64,000 nucleotides of DNA from Chrysomallon squamiferum (taxonomy: Eukaryota; Animalia; Mollusca), in assembly GCA_012295275.1 (NCBI GenBank), contig CM022677.1, forward strand, positions 12,524,001 to 12,588,000, read 5' to 3'. The notes under the pieces were generated by a model. The model had not been told where the DNA came from. It saw only the letters and a program-made list of their open reading frames with translations, and searched no databases. Shown in pieces: positions 37,570-51,513 of the stretch. Position 1 is the first letter of the stretch; each line of letters opens with the position of its first letter. The translations under genes were made by a program, and so were the position numbers.

Positions 37570-39455
37570 TCAACCCACGAACATGTCTAACCCACTGAAC
37601 ATGTCTAACAACTTCTAAACACCAAGTAATTTATAGAGTTCATCATCATCGTCCATGACAGCATCATGTTCTGTCTGCCGTTGTTCTCTTTTCACTTCTT
37701 TAGCTGCTGCTTCTCTTTTTGCTGTCTCGCAGGCTAACGTTTCCTTTATGATCTCCTCTAGTTTGACTGATACCCTCCTCCATTCAGCTTCATCACCATC
37801 GCTCTGGAAGCTTACAAGAGGTGAATTGTTTGTGTTGGGACTAGAATCATCATCACTTGATAAAGGAGAGTTTCAGTTTGTTGGTTTCAAGCTGCTGCAT
37901 CTGTGAGAGGAACATCTAACAGTCCTGTTTTTACAATACCCGAATATTTCCCAGAAGCCTTCCCAGAAGCCTTCCCAGCATCCTCTGTCTTTGAATGAGA
38001 CACCATTGTGATCCCAGAATGCAATCCAGTACTAGCAGAATTATAACCTGACTGCAGCAGAGAAGTGGCTGACACATCACTAACAACCCTTTCAGACACA
38101 CTGTTTAGTTGTTTTCTCTTCTACATTGTCACTTTCCAGCTGTGGTTTGTGACCTTGTGTTCCTTCCTCGTGATTATCTTTGTTTCACCTTGGAAAGTTA
38201 TTGTCACTTGTAGACCATGAAGGTTCTGCCTTCTGTTTTCACTAAACTATTATTAGTTAATTGTGAGTCACCTGATGATATGTTCAGTGGTTTGTTCACA
38301 TCCATGTTCCCATCCACTATTTCATACTGTTTCAAATCACTTGGCGTCTCACCTTCTTCAGTGCTTTGTTTATCAACCTGTTGTAGCTTGTCTGCATCAA
38401 TCTTTGAGAAAAAAGCTTTGAACTTGTTGAAGACAACCTCTGCTTTCTGTCTGATTCTCTCACTACATTCCTGCTGTATGCGATCGTCATCCAGCTTTTT
38501 TCTTGTTTTCATAATCATCTGCTCCCAACTTTCTTTTTTTGTTAGTTTATTTTTACTTTTTGCGTTCATCCTCTTTTACTTTAGTATCTGTTTTTGACTT
38601 TTCCTTCACCTTTTCATCACAATGTTTATCTATGCTGTGTTGATTGGTGTCATCTTCTCTAGCAGACTGAGTTTTGATTTGCTTTCACTGCCATGTAATA
38701 CTTTCCTTTTACTCGAAACAATCAGTTCACACTGGCTGGCAAGGATTGATGACCTCCACCATCAGTAAAAACTCCAAAATATCCAATTTTCTTCTATGGA
38801 CCCTATCAGGCTGCATTCCTTGCACCTAAAGATATCTATTCATACGAGATGTTCAAAGACAAGTACCACAAATGAAAGAGGAGACTGGGTTTTAATGAAG
38901 GCCTGCGTGAGATTATCCACAAACCACCAGGAGAAGATATGGCTCAATGAACCAAAGCAGAGGGAACAGTGAAGTAGAGGTAACATGAACACAAAAGTAA
39001 ACAGAAAGGTGGCAGAAAATGTGTAATGGTGGAATCGAAAAAGATGTTCAAGAATGTGAAGGTGAAAAGAGGGAAGATCATTAATGACACTGCAAAAAAA
39101 AGATGTTTGAAGGATTTCTTCATTTGGAGGAATAAAAAGTACTGGTGTGAAAGTATAGAAAAGTCTAAGACAAAGAAGATTAAATCCACTGAAAAAAATA
39201 CTGCCAGAGTGACAAAGAGTGACATAGGCATTCTTGACGTGTACAATTCTGAAAAGAGAGAATACAAACTTTAGTTTATCTTTCAAAAAATTGAGTAAAA
39301 TGAAGAATTTTCATTGAACATAATAAACTGTAACAATCATTTTCTGTACTACAGCACTACAGTCCGTACATGACTTTAGTCTTATACAAACACTGTCAGT
39401 CCACAGTAAATTGATGCCCACATATTTCTCATTAATTCACTGTTTCTACAATTCT
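37570..39455 (-). pseudogene. Second, longer copy of the decayed membrane-plus-charged-tail ORF
   Basis: Paralogue of 660-2100. It additionally keeps the 3' part: SERVVSDVSATSLLQSGYNSAST... and DDDSSPNTNNSPLVSFQSDGDEAEWRRVSVKLEEIIKETLACETAKREAAAKEVKREQRQTEHDAVMDDDDELYKLLG. Multiple frameshifts and stops. Confidence 0.45.
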
Positions 39456-42020
39456 TTCAAATTCAAAAATTTGTGAGATGTATTATGGTTTATCTAATTT
39501 GCATGAAATCTTGTGCTATCAGAAAAAGAATGATAATAATAACAATAACTTTAAGGATTATCAGTGTGCTATAGGTTTGATCATGTTGAGTTTTTTTATA
39601 ATCATCTTTAACAAAATATGAACAGTCTTCAATTAATTATCTCTAATTACATATAAATGATGCATTTATGTGTAATAATGAAATAGTTCTTAAAAGAAAC
39701 TGATTTATATTTGCACATGCTTTTTCTCAGCTGTGCATATAGACAAAAAAGTAGGGATATTTCAGAATGTTATTGCAAAAGCTGAAAAGTAGTATGAACC
39801 ATGTTAGAATATTCAACACCTGTCATTAAAAAACACAAAAATACAACAGTCACCATGCAGGCATTTTGAACATACAGTAATATTAAAAACAAACTTACAG
39901 AAAAACACACTAGATGTGTCTAAGTAGCAACTTTCACCTTGAAGAAATCTTTGCTTGGTAAAAATAAACTTCACCGGCTTAGCCCAATTCAAAATATAAC
40001 TGAAATATAAAAAAAAAAAAAAAAAAAAATCTTCATAAGCTCATTAAAATATATACATCTAAAAACAATGAATTACGGTCATAAAACATTGAAAAATATC
40101 CATAAATACCTATCACTTTCAAAAACTCTTTACAGATTCTTGAACCTAAGATGTAGACAAAGTATCAGCCCTGTAGTATTTCATCATATAATGACACAAA
40201 ACAAAATCAAAAAAAGAAATTCATATAAAAAAAATCAAATAATTACTCAATTAACTGGAGCCAAAAGAGCCATTAAGAACACTTCTTCTGTAGTGACTTT
40301 ATTAATGTTATATGTTAACTGATTGTTTAAGCTTCCACTACTTTAAAACCAAGAAGTAAAATCTTTCATAGAAACAGCTTCCAAAACAAATGACTAGCTG
40401 CACAAATTTCCAAACACTGCCCATAATGAACTCCAGGATAGTTAATACAAAATCTGATTAACATGACCAGGAAGAGTAGCTGTCTTAATTGCTAAAGATA
40501 GTACAGATCACACTGAACATATTGTCTTATTACTGGTTGCAGTTTCAAAAAAACGAAAAGGACAGTTATTAAATGTTTAATCACAGGAAGATGTCAGATT
40601 CTAGAGAACACTGCATCAAGAACCAGGAAAGCAGGAAACTGCATCAATGTGCCAAGTTCACACTAACAGTTACTACATTATTTTGCTACAGTGTTTTTAA
40701 ATAAATGTTTCTTGTTCAGCAATTTTTCTCAAACCTATCAGTTTTGATAATAGTTACAGACAATGTGCATTGGGGAGGGGAGACAAAGCACTCTGATTAT
40801 ATCACCGATAGAACAAATTAACAGTGTACATGCAACAATGGCTACAACCATAACTGTACATACTTAAACTGAACCTATTGCTAGGACAACAATTTGTTTT
40901 TTCTCAAAAGTGTTAAGTACAGTCTGGCTTAATATTTTTTAGCACAAACATATCACTCACCTACTGGGATGACCACACCCCAACCTTAATCACTCAAAAC
41001 TACCTCAAAAAGTTATTATACCAATAAATTTGTGATGAAACAAAATAATTCAATACATATTTCAGTCATAATATTTTCATGATTACAGATCTTCTAACAT
41101 GAAAGACGCAAAAACTGAAGAAAATAAACAGGAATTTGAAAATTTATGTTTTATCATGACAAATTGTGTTTTAAACACTGGAAGACATTATTTACAACAT
41201 ATGCATGCAAATAAACATGTATTTTTGGCAATATTGTATCAAACCTTTTTTTTTTTAACCATCTTGTTGTGAACATAATTTTTAAACTACATGAACAGGT
41301 AAAATTTATTTTATCTTTATATGTAACTTCTCCTCTAAATTTGAAGCTTATTTTTTCCATAATCCTGCTAATATAAAAAGTATGGCCTATAAAGTGAATA
41401 TAATATTTAAAACACACCAGCATTTCTCAACCCCTTTTCATGCTTGTGAAACCCTTGACATAAGTTTCATGTCTCAGGAATCCCTACATAAAAATTACTA
41501 TATGCCATTATTAATAATTTGTTCTTTTATATTTTTATTATAGTATTTTTATTTATGATAAACCTAACTGGTTTAAGTAAACAAATGATGCCCTATTTTG
41601 TCAAAACTATTGGCATTGGTACCATGGAGAGACATCTCTAAATATATTCCTTATGACTGTTATAATTTTAACTAATCACTAAATATATTCCTTATGATTG
41701 TTATAATTTTAATACAAGAGCTGAAGCCTATATTATTATAACCAAGACTTTCTTGGTAATCTGCTGTACATGTATAATAAAGTTAAAATATGAAATCAAA
41801 AATGTGTTAGCCTGTCTATCTCTATTTCACAAGCACCCTCTGGTGATCTCTAGCAAAACCCTGCTCATTCACACTGACAGAACTTTCAAAAACAGGCAAA
41901 AGCAATTTAAAAAAACAAGAAATATATCAAATTAATATTTTAATACCTTAATACTAATGAAAAGTTTGCATTCCATAGGACACTATCAAATCTGAGATGT
42001 GATGGTTACAGCTGTTTCCA

Positions 42021-42052
<32 letters not shown>

Positions 42053-42399
42053 ATGTTTGCAAGCTGAAGGTCAGACTGAAGTGGCATTTGTTGGTCATTT
42101 GTCACTAAAATCTAACTGCATGTTGAATAATTCTTCATTGAGCTTGTTACAATGACAACGGTCTATCAGTTTTTAACTTGGCCAACCAAACGTCCTTCAT
42201 TTGGGAGTATTCCTCTTTCAAAATTAGCAACAACTCTGCAGCATTAGCTAGACTCAGCTCCTTCTCCTCTGCAGTGTTTAACTTCTACATTTTCTTCTCT
42301 TGTTGACTACACGTGAAGGCCGGCAGTGACTAAGAATGATTCTTCTGCAGATTTGTTGCAGTCTTTCTCTACTGCTGTAGGTTTATGCACTTCTGGATG

Positions 42400-43803
42400 A
42401 CGTTCTGCCACTGTTCTGTCATCTGTTCTGTTATCGTTCTGTCACTGTTCTGTCATTGTTCTGTCTTCTGTTCTGTTTTCTGTTCTGTCACTGTTCTGTC
42501 TTCTGTTCTGTTTTCTGTTCTGTCACTGTCCTGTCTTCTATTCTGTCACTGTTCTGTCTTCTGTTCTGTTATCGTTCTGTCTTCTGTTCTGTCACTGTCC
42601 TGTCTTTTGTTCTGTCACTGTTCTGTCTTCTGTTCTGTTATCGTTCTGTCTTCTGTCACTGTTCTGTCATCTGTTCTGTTATCATTCTGTCTTCTGTCCT
42701 GTCACTGTTCTCTCTTCTGTTCTGTCACTGTCCTGTCTTCTGTTCTGTCAGTGTTCTCTCTTCTGTTCTGTCACTGTCCTGTATTCTGTTCTGTCACTGT
42801 TGTGTCACTGTTCTGTCACTGTTCTGTCATCTGTCCTGTCACTGTTCTGCCACTGTTCTGTCATCTATTCTGTCATCTATTCTGTCACAGTTCTGTCACT
42901 GTTGTGGCACTGTTGTATCACTGTTCTGACACTGTCACTGTTGTGTCACTGTTCTGTCACTGTTCTGTCATATGTCCTGTCACTGTTCTGTCATATATTC
43001 TGTCATCTATTATGTCACTGTTCTGTCACTGTTGTGTCACTGTTATCTTACTGTTCTGTCACTGTCCTGTCTTCTGTTCTGTCACTGTTGTGTCACTGTT
43101 CTGTCAATGTTCTGTCATCTATTCTGTCACTGTTGTATCACTGTTCTGTCATCTATTCTGTCACTGTTGTATCACTGGTCTGTCACTGGTCTGTCACTGT
43201 TGTGTCACTGTTGTGTCACTGTTCTGTCTTCTATTATGTCACTGTTCTGTCACTGTTCTGTAACTGTCCTGTCACTGTTCTGCCATCTGTTCTGTAACTG
43301 TTCTGTCACTGTTATGTCATCTGTTATGTCATCTGTTGTGTCACTGTTTTGTCACTCTTCTGTCACTGTTCTGTAACTGTCCTGTCATCTATTCTGTCAC
43401 TGTTCTGTCACTGTTGTGTCACTGTTGTATCACTGTGCTGACTTCTGTTCTGTCATTATTGTGTCACTGTTCTGCCATATGTCCTGTCACTGTTCTGTCA
43501 TATGTCCTGTCACTGTTCTGTCATATATTCTGTTATCTATTCTGTCACTGTTCTGTCACTGTTGTGTCACTGTTCTCTCACTGTTCTGTCACTGTCCTGT
43601 CTTCTGTTCTGTCACTGTTGTGTCACTGTTCTGTCAATGTTATGTCACTGTTCTGTCACTGTTGTATCACTGTTGTGTCACTGTTGTGTCACTGTTTTGT
43701 CACTGTTCTGTCACTGTTCTGTCACTGTTCTGTCACTGTTCTGTAACTGTTCTGTCAACTGTTCTGTCACTGTTGTGTCATTGTTCTGTCATCTGTTCTG
43801 TTT
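42400..43803 (+). repeat. Mixed 11/12 bp satellite (ctgttctgtca / ctgttctgtcat), about 1.4 kb
   Basis: Continuous variant units. One strand is nearly free of stop codons, which explains the Cys/His/Ser/Val-rich ORFs. Confidence 0.97.
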
Positions 43804-44690
43804 CTCCACAGGAGAACATAAAAAAAAAACCAGTTAGAATTTCTTATAAATTTGCCAGTTGAGCCTGTGGTATCCAGTTCTTAATCAGAAAATGATGACT
43901 GTTAATGATGTCATCAGTTTGTTTGTGAGGCATATTTTAAATGGGATTTCATCTCTTTGTATGTCACCCAACTGTTAACCAGTGATATTCCTGCCTGTCC
44001 ATACAGTAATTATGGAGAAACCTAATTACTCTGTTTTTATCCTTTTGCAATAACATTCACATACTGAATTAAGATAATATCTTAATTTTTCATCATCATA
44101 AGTTAACTGTTGGTAATGCATTGATATCAAAAACAATTATAAAGAAATTATTTGATGTGTATGTAATTTAGTATTAAAACCAACAGATTAAGACCGAATG
44201 AATTTAAAATTAATTTCTTAAATCTTAAATGTAATTTTGTGTTATGATTGTTTGTTTGCATGTTTGTTTATTTTTACAACAATTGCTGTCAATCAACGAT
44301 ATATTTGCATTTCAAGCGTTGACAAATTAGCTTGAAAAGTCAGGCAAAGTGTATATTGCCTGAAATACTTAGATTCCATACAGATTGCACTGTTCGGGTG
44401 CAATTAGCGGCCATATTGAATAAATACTTAACAAAAAAGTAATTAATTACCTTAGTCAACATCGCTCTGGTGACTGCTACTACCTTTTGCAAACAACAAT
44501 GATCTACACTGTGACGTAGACACACGCGCGTCATAACGACTAGACCTTGAAAAGAAAGAGGGGTTGTCTCATAATTGCGTAAGCGTATGCTAAAACCAAG
44601 TTCAGTGCATTTAAACTATGATTATTTAAAATCATTTAAAATATAATTATTGTTATGATTTTGATTCAAAAGTATTTTAACATTATCTAT

Positions 44691-44692
<2 letters not shown>

Positions 44693-44779
<87 letters not shown>
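44693..44779. repeat. (CT)n microsatellite
   Basis: About 42 units; the paralogous tract near 60500 is much shorter. Confidence 0.97.
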
Positions 44780-44782
<3 letters not shown>

Positions 44783-44960
44783 AATATACAACTTTCCCAT
44801 AACGTAATGTATATATTTTCTTTTTCTTACTTTTTTCTTTAATTTACATAAAATATTTTTGAAACTTTCACAATGATGCAGCTGCTATTAATATTTTTTT
44901 TATTTTATTTATTTATTATTATTATTTTTTTATAATCATAATGTAAGAAATAAATTACCG

Positions 44961-45002
<42 letters not shown>

Positions 45003-45092
45003 TCATTGCCAAAGAGCAGATCCGAAAAGTGCAGAATTTCAATGAAAAGTGATTTCGTATTATGATTAATATAATTTATTTTATTGAAACAC

Positions 45093-45465
45093 AAAATCTT
45101 GCGATTAAAGAAGTTCTGGTTTGTGGGGGAAAAAAAGAAAAAAAAAGTTTGACAAACCATGTTATTCAATAGATGTATTATGTATGTATTTATGTTTGCA
45201 TGTGTGTGTGTGTGTGTGTATATGAGCAGTCAGTTCGAAATATAAACATTGTCGAAATATTACATACATACACACATATATACATACATACATGCATACA
45301 TACATACATATCCACATCCATTTGTACCCACATACATTATATATATATATAAACATTGTCGAAATATTACATACATACATACATACATGCATGCATACAT
45401 ACATACATATCCACATCCATTTGTACCCACATACATTATATATATATATAAACATTGTCGAAATA

Positions 45466-45496
<31 letters not shown>

Positions 45497-45791
45497 CATG
45501 CATACATACATACATATCCACATCCATTTGTACCCACATACATTATATATATATATATATAAAATCTTGCGGGTACAAATGGATGTGGATATGTATGTAT
45601 GTATGCATGTATGTATGTATGTATGTATGTAATATTTCGACAATGTTTATATTTCGAACTGACTGCTCATATATATACACACACACATACAAACATAAAT
45701 ACATACATAATACATCTATTGAATAACATGGTTTGTCAAACTTTTTTTTTTCCTTTTTTCCCCCACAAACCAGAACTTCTTTAATCGCAAG

Positions 45792-45856
<65 letters not shown>

Positions 45857-45965
45857 GTATGTGGGTACAAGTGGATGTGGATATGTATGTATGTATGCAT
45901 GTATGTATGTATGTATGTATGTATGTAATATTTCGACAATGTTTATATTCCGAACTGACTGCTCA
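45093..45965. repeat. Compound tandem plus inverted duplication (hairpin-capable)
   Basis: 45571-45795 is the rc of 45094-45329; three ~100-110 bp tandem units at 45241-45560; 45853-45965 is a further inverted unit. Confidence 0.92.
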
Positions 45966-46842
45966 GCTGTTAAACAATCTACTTAAACAGAAATTTGTGT
46001 TCTGTTTCGATATTAAAATAAATGAAGAATGGTTTTGTTTATAATTAAGTTTTAGTTTCCATATTTATGTTTGTATACTATTTATTTATTTATTATTATT
46101 TTTTTATTAATGTTGTTGTTTTGTTTATTTTACTCATCACTGTTGATGCATTAAACTCTGATTTTACGTACTATTTGTCTGGGAGAATTGTTTTTCATCT
46201 TTTTCAAACTGTCGTTATTTGTTTTTACTTTATTTTATTTTATTTTTTGTTTTACTTTATTTTTCTTTATTATTTGTTTTATTTTATTTATTTAAACGAT
46301 TTTTATTAAGCATATAAATTTAAAACTATGATGTAAAATAAGCCTTAACAAACAGAGTAAAACGATGTTTATAGTTTCTTACACCTTATTTCTTTATCTA
46401 TTAGTTACAAGGTAAGTTATAAGTCGTGTTTTATATTTGTTTTCTCTCCCTGTACAGCTCAAATACTGTGTAGTATATCCCTGAAAAAATATATTTAAAT
46501 ATAGAAATATTTGTGAAAGCATACTCTCACTTTTTCAACATCCACATCAGAAATAAATAACAATACTAATAAATGAATCATGATCTTAATGCTTTTCATA
46601 AATATTTAATTTTTTTTTCCTTAAGCAGTTGGTTATCGTTGAAATATTCATTGAAAATATATTTAAATATTTTAAAATATTTATGAAATTGTACTCAGAG
46701 ATACTCACTAGCTGTCAAAAATAAAGTAACAAAAATAATTAATCTTCTAAATAAATAACATTAAACTGAATTATGATATTTAATGCCTTTTTCTAAAATG
46801 TTCTGTTAAATATTTCAGAATTCTATAAAATGGAAATTATTG

Positions 46843-46896
<54 letters not shown>

Positions 46897-46904
46897 GTTC
46901 ATCA

Positions 46905-49125
46905 TTATGCCTAGTATATTAGAGACTGTGGTATATGCTACCCTGTCAGTGAGTATGTTTATTCTATCCAGTGCCCTGTATCTGGTATATTACAGGTTGT
47001 GGTACGCACTACTATCTCAGTGAGCCCAACTGTTCCAGCCAGTTCACTTATATATAAGACTGCTGTTTTATATAAGACTGCTGTTTTAATATAAAAGAGC
47101 TGTTTTATATAAGAGAGCTGTTTTATATAAGACTGCTGTTTTATATAAAAGTGCTGTTTTATATAAGAGAGCTGTTTTATATAAGACTGCTGTTTTATAT
47201 AAGAGAGCTGTTTTATATAAGAGAGCTGTTTTATATAAGACTGCTGTTTTTTATAAGAGTACTGTTTTATATAAGAGAGCTGTTTTATATAAGACTGCTG
47301 TTTTATATAAGAGTGCTGTTTTATATAAGAGAGCTGTTTTATATAAGACTGCTGTTTTATATAAGAGTGCTGTTTTATATATGACTGCTGTTTTATATAA
47401 GAGTGCTGTTTTATATATGACTGCTGTTTTATATAAGAGAGCTGTTTTATATAAGAGAGCTGTTTTATATAAGAGTGCTGTTTTATATAAGACTGCTGTT
47501 TTATATAAGAGAGCTGTTTTATATAAGAGTGCTGTTTTATATAAGACTGCTGTTTTATATAAGAGTACTGTTTTATATAAGAGAGCTGTTGTATATAAGA
47601 GAGCTGTTTTATATAAGAGTGCTGTTTTATATAAGACTGCTGTTTTATATAAGAGAGCTGTTTTATATAAGAGTGCTGTTTTATATAAGAGTACTGTTTT
47701 ATATAAGAGAGCTGTTGTATATAAGACTACTGCTTTATATAAGCCTGCTGTTTTATATAAGAGAGCTATTTTATATAAGACTGCTGTTTTATATAAGAGT
47801 GCTGTTTTATATAAGACTGCTGTTTCATATAAGAGAGCTGCTTTATATAAGACTGCTGTTTTATATAAGAGAGCTGCTTTATATAAGACTGCTGTTTTAT
47901 ATAAGAGAGCTTTTTTATATAAGAGTGCTGTTTTATATAAGACTGCTGTTTTATATAAGAGAGCTGTTTTATATAAGGGAGCTGTTTTATATAAGAGTGC
48001 TCTTTTATATAAGACTGCTGTTTTATATAAGAGAGCTGTTTTATATAAGAGTGCTGTTTTATATAAGACTGCTGTTTTATATAAGAGAGCTGTTTTATAT
48101 AAGACTTCTGTTTTATATAAGAGAGCTGTTTTATATATGAGTGCTGTTTTATATAAGACTGCTGTTTTATATAAGAGTGCTGCTTTATATAAGAGAGCTG
48201 TTTTATATAAGACTGCTGTTTTATATAAGAGAGCTGTTTTATATAAGAGTGCTGTTTTATATAAGACTGCTGTTTTATATAAGAGAGCTGTTGTATATAA
48301 GACTACTGTTTCATATAAGAGAGCTGTTGTATATAAGACTACTGTTTTATATAAGCCTGCTGTTTTATATAAGAGTGCTGTTTTATATAAGAGAGCTGTT
48401 TTATATACGACTGCTGTTTTATATAAGAGAGCTGTATTATATAACACTGCTGTTTTATAAAAGAAAGCTGTTTTATATAAGAGTGCTGTTTTATATAAGA
48501 GAGCTGTATTATATAAGACTGCTGTTTTATATAAGAGAGCTGTATTATATAAGACTGCTGTTTTGCATAAGAGAGCTGTTTTATATAAGAGAGCTGTTTT
48601 ATATAAAACTGCTGTTTTATATAAATTTGCTGTTTTATATAAGAGTGCTGTTTTATATAAGACTGCTGTTTTATATAAGAGAGCTGTTTTATATAAGAGA
48701 GCTGTTTTATATAAGAGTGTTGTTTTATATAAGACTGCTGTTTTATATAAGAGAGCTGTTTTATATAAGACTGCTGTTGTGTATGTCAGTGAGTCCGTCT
48801 AGTCCACTGTGTCCAGTACATTAGAGGTTGTGGTACATACTGCCTCTGTGTGAGTCAGTTTTATCCAGCAAGTGCATTCTGCACAGTGTTTTATAGTCTG
48901 TCTGGTATGTGTTACCCTGTCAGTGATTTCATTTGTTCCATCCATTGCACTGTGTGTAGAGTATACTAGAGACTGTGGTACGTACTGCCCTGTCAATGAG
49001 TCAATTTTTTCCATCCAGTGCACTCTGTCTAGTATGTTAGATAATGTGGTATGTACTGCCCTGTGAGTGAGTCGGATTCTTCCAACTGAGGCACTATGTC
49101 TGCTATGTTAAAACCTGTGGTATGT
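46905..49125 (+). repeat. Old diverged ~71 bp tandem repeat, split in two by the 18 bp array
   Basis: Units of type tctagtatattagagactgtggta...ccctgtcagtgagt...ccatccagtgcac at 46905-47048 (2 units) and 48783-49125 (about 5 units; tggta anchors ending at 48835, 48907, 48980, 49051 and 49122). Confidence 0.8.
47049..48780 (+). repeat. 18 bp minisatellite, about 96 copies, three main variants
   Basis: Unit gctgttttatataagaNN with NN = ga, ct or gt. Confidence 0.98.
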
Positions 49126-49802
49126 TATTATTGAAAAATGTTTATAAAAAGAATCTCTATGATCTATCTGTTAATTGTATAGAAATAAAGAATAGATTCT
49201 TTTGGCCCATATTCTTACTTTATTTAGACATTAATAAATTAGTCTAAAGTTTACTGTTATACACTCATACACACAGTCACAGACGCACATACGTAGATGT
49301 ATGTTCTGTTGCCTACACCATAAAGTGTTACTATGGTGTGTGTGAGAGAGAGAGGATGCTTGTATTTATTTAGTATTTTTTATTTGTTTATTGTTTGTTG
49401 TTTTGGGGTTTTTTTGTATATTTTTAATGAACCATGAAGTATGATTTATATATACATATATCACAATATATGTAGATCTATTATCTGTGTTTGTTCTTAC
49501 ATACATTATTTATTTATATAAAAATATTTAAATGTTTATTGTACTATATATAATAAAAATACTTTCATGTACCTAAACTTCAATGCTCAGTCTTTTTTTT
49601 AGCTTATAGACTCCTTTCTTTTATTCATAGAATAAAAAAATTTACCATGTTTATTAACCATTTCACAATATACAAAAGCATTCTAATATTTTATTCATTA
49701 ATGTCTAAGTTATTTTTTTTGTTCGAACATACTTCAAAAGAACCAGAATGTATAAACTAAATGACCATTATTATAATTATCGTTGTTGTTGTTGTTGTTG
49801 TA

Positions 49803-49852
<50 letters not shown>

Positions 49853-51513
49853 CATAGTCATCATCCTTATCATGTATTTTAATATCTAACACACACTCAC
49901 AACGCACACACATACATACACTCTCACACATGTAATTTTAAACTTTGAATGACTAACATTTCATATGTTGTAATTTTAGACATAACAATGGATACTGTAA
50001 CTACATGTGACAAGTATAGTGTGAAATAAAACTGTAATCCTACCTATATTTTTTTAAATTATTATTATTATTTCTGTTATGAACATTCACTACCAATCAA
50101 CTGCAGACCAGTTACAGTAACATCACAGGTGTAAAACCCATGACACACTGTAAACACAAAACTTAAACAACAACAATTTAATAAGTAACTAACAAAACAG
50201 CTTTAGAACAAAACACTGCATGAACAACAATTTACTAAATTCCATAAATCAAACATTCAGTAAATGGATGAAAAGTAATTACAATTTTCACAGATTATGG
50301 AAAAAGACTTTAATATGGTCACATTCGACAGCCAAGTTTGGATGACACGTACAGAAGATAATCACATCTTGTAAAAACTTTTACCAAACATCACACTGCC
50401 TGACAGTCTCGTGTTAGAATAAAACATACAAACATTAAAATACAGACAAAAACCTACAGATACTAAAATACTGTGTTAAAATCCACTCTCAGTAATAAAA
50501 ATCTCATGAAGGATCTAATCCCTGATCAACCATTTAAAACTCACCTTTCACTACAATCTAGTTTTTAAACAATAGTCAGCCATATTGAAATGTAGACTGG
50601 AGTGGGTGAATGTTGCAACCAGCAAATAGTAAAGAAATAAAATAAACATTAGTTACACCTTTCATCATCAAAACTCAAAATCATTTTAGTAACAAACTAC
50701 ATAACAACCTTACCAGACTCAGAATCAGCTACTCCAAAACTAAACACAATCAAATTCAAACACAAAATAAACACAACACCAAACTGTAAATTTGGTGAAA
50801 TTTCTGAAACCATGAAATATTACTTATTTCTCTGACAACATTTTTCCTGTGAACACATAATGCTACATGACATATTCAATGAATTAAAAATTGAATTTAC
50901 ACTTAAAAACATCTTGATAGAAACAGTGAAAAACTGAGAACCAAACTTTAATTCAAACAAATAAATAGACACAAATGTTTGATTAATTAAATTCAAAAAC
51001 ATAACATAAAATATCACGATCACATAGGTCAAAAAAAAAAAAATATATATAGCATACACAATAACAAACAAGACAAAAAGCAAATACATCAAAACAAATA
51101 AATAAATTAATTAATTAATAGATTAACTGAATCACCAGCTAATAGATTGGCTTTCAGAACATATTTTAAAAATTCCACATTTTCTAGACACAAGGAAGTA
51201 AACTGGTTCAGGCTGGAGTGGGCTGTTTGGAATGTGAACTTTCTGTACTGACAAGTCAAACTGAAGAAGACAATATCTTTTTATTATAAACAAAAATGAA
51301 AACATAATTTAAAATAACAAACAAAATTATAAAATATGCAATATAAAATCAATTAATCTAAGAATTAATACAATAGCCTTAAAATTAGAAGTATCATATC
51401 CTTTTCAGTTGCAAAACAAAAACAATCTAAATTCTTATAATACTGATACATATACATACTAATAGTGGTAAATTATTTACAATAACTGACCTAACCTAGA
51501 TGAAAAATATATA

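Noticed and set aside
44500-44545. Hairpin followed by CTAG as a Helitron 3' end in the copy-2-specific segment 44021-44558
   Set aside because: Weak stem, CTAG is followed by A rather than T, and it does not coincide with the indel boundary.
47151-48824. 221-398 aa hexapeptide-repeat ORFs on both strands
   Set aside because: A direct consequence of an 18-bp unit without stops; no unique N- or C-terminal domain or splice context.
49313-49341. Small hairpin acaccata-aagtgttac-tatggtgt as a possible miRNA
   Set aside because: The stem is only 8-9 bp, too short for a pre-miRNA, and matches no mature miRNA I recognise.
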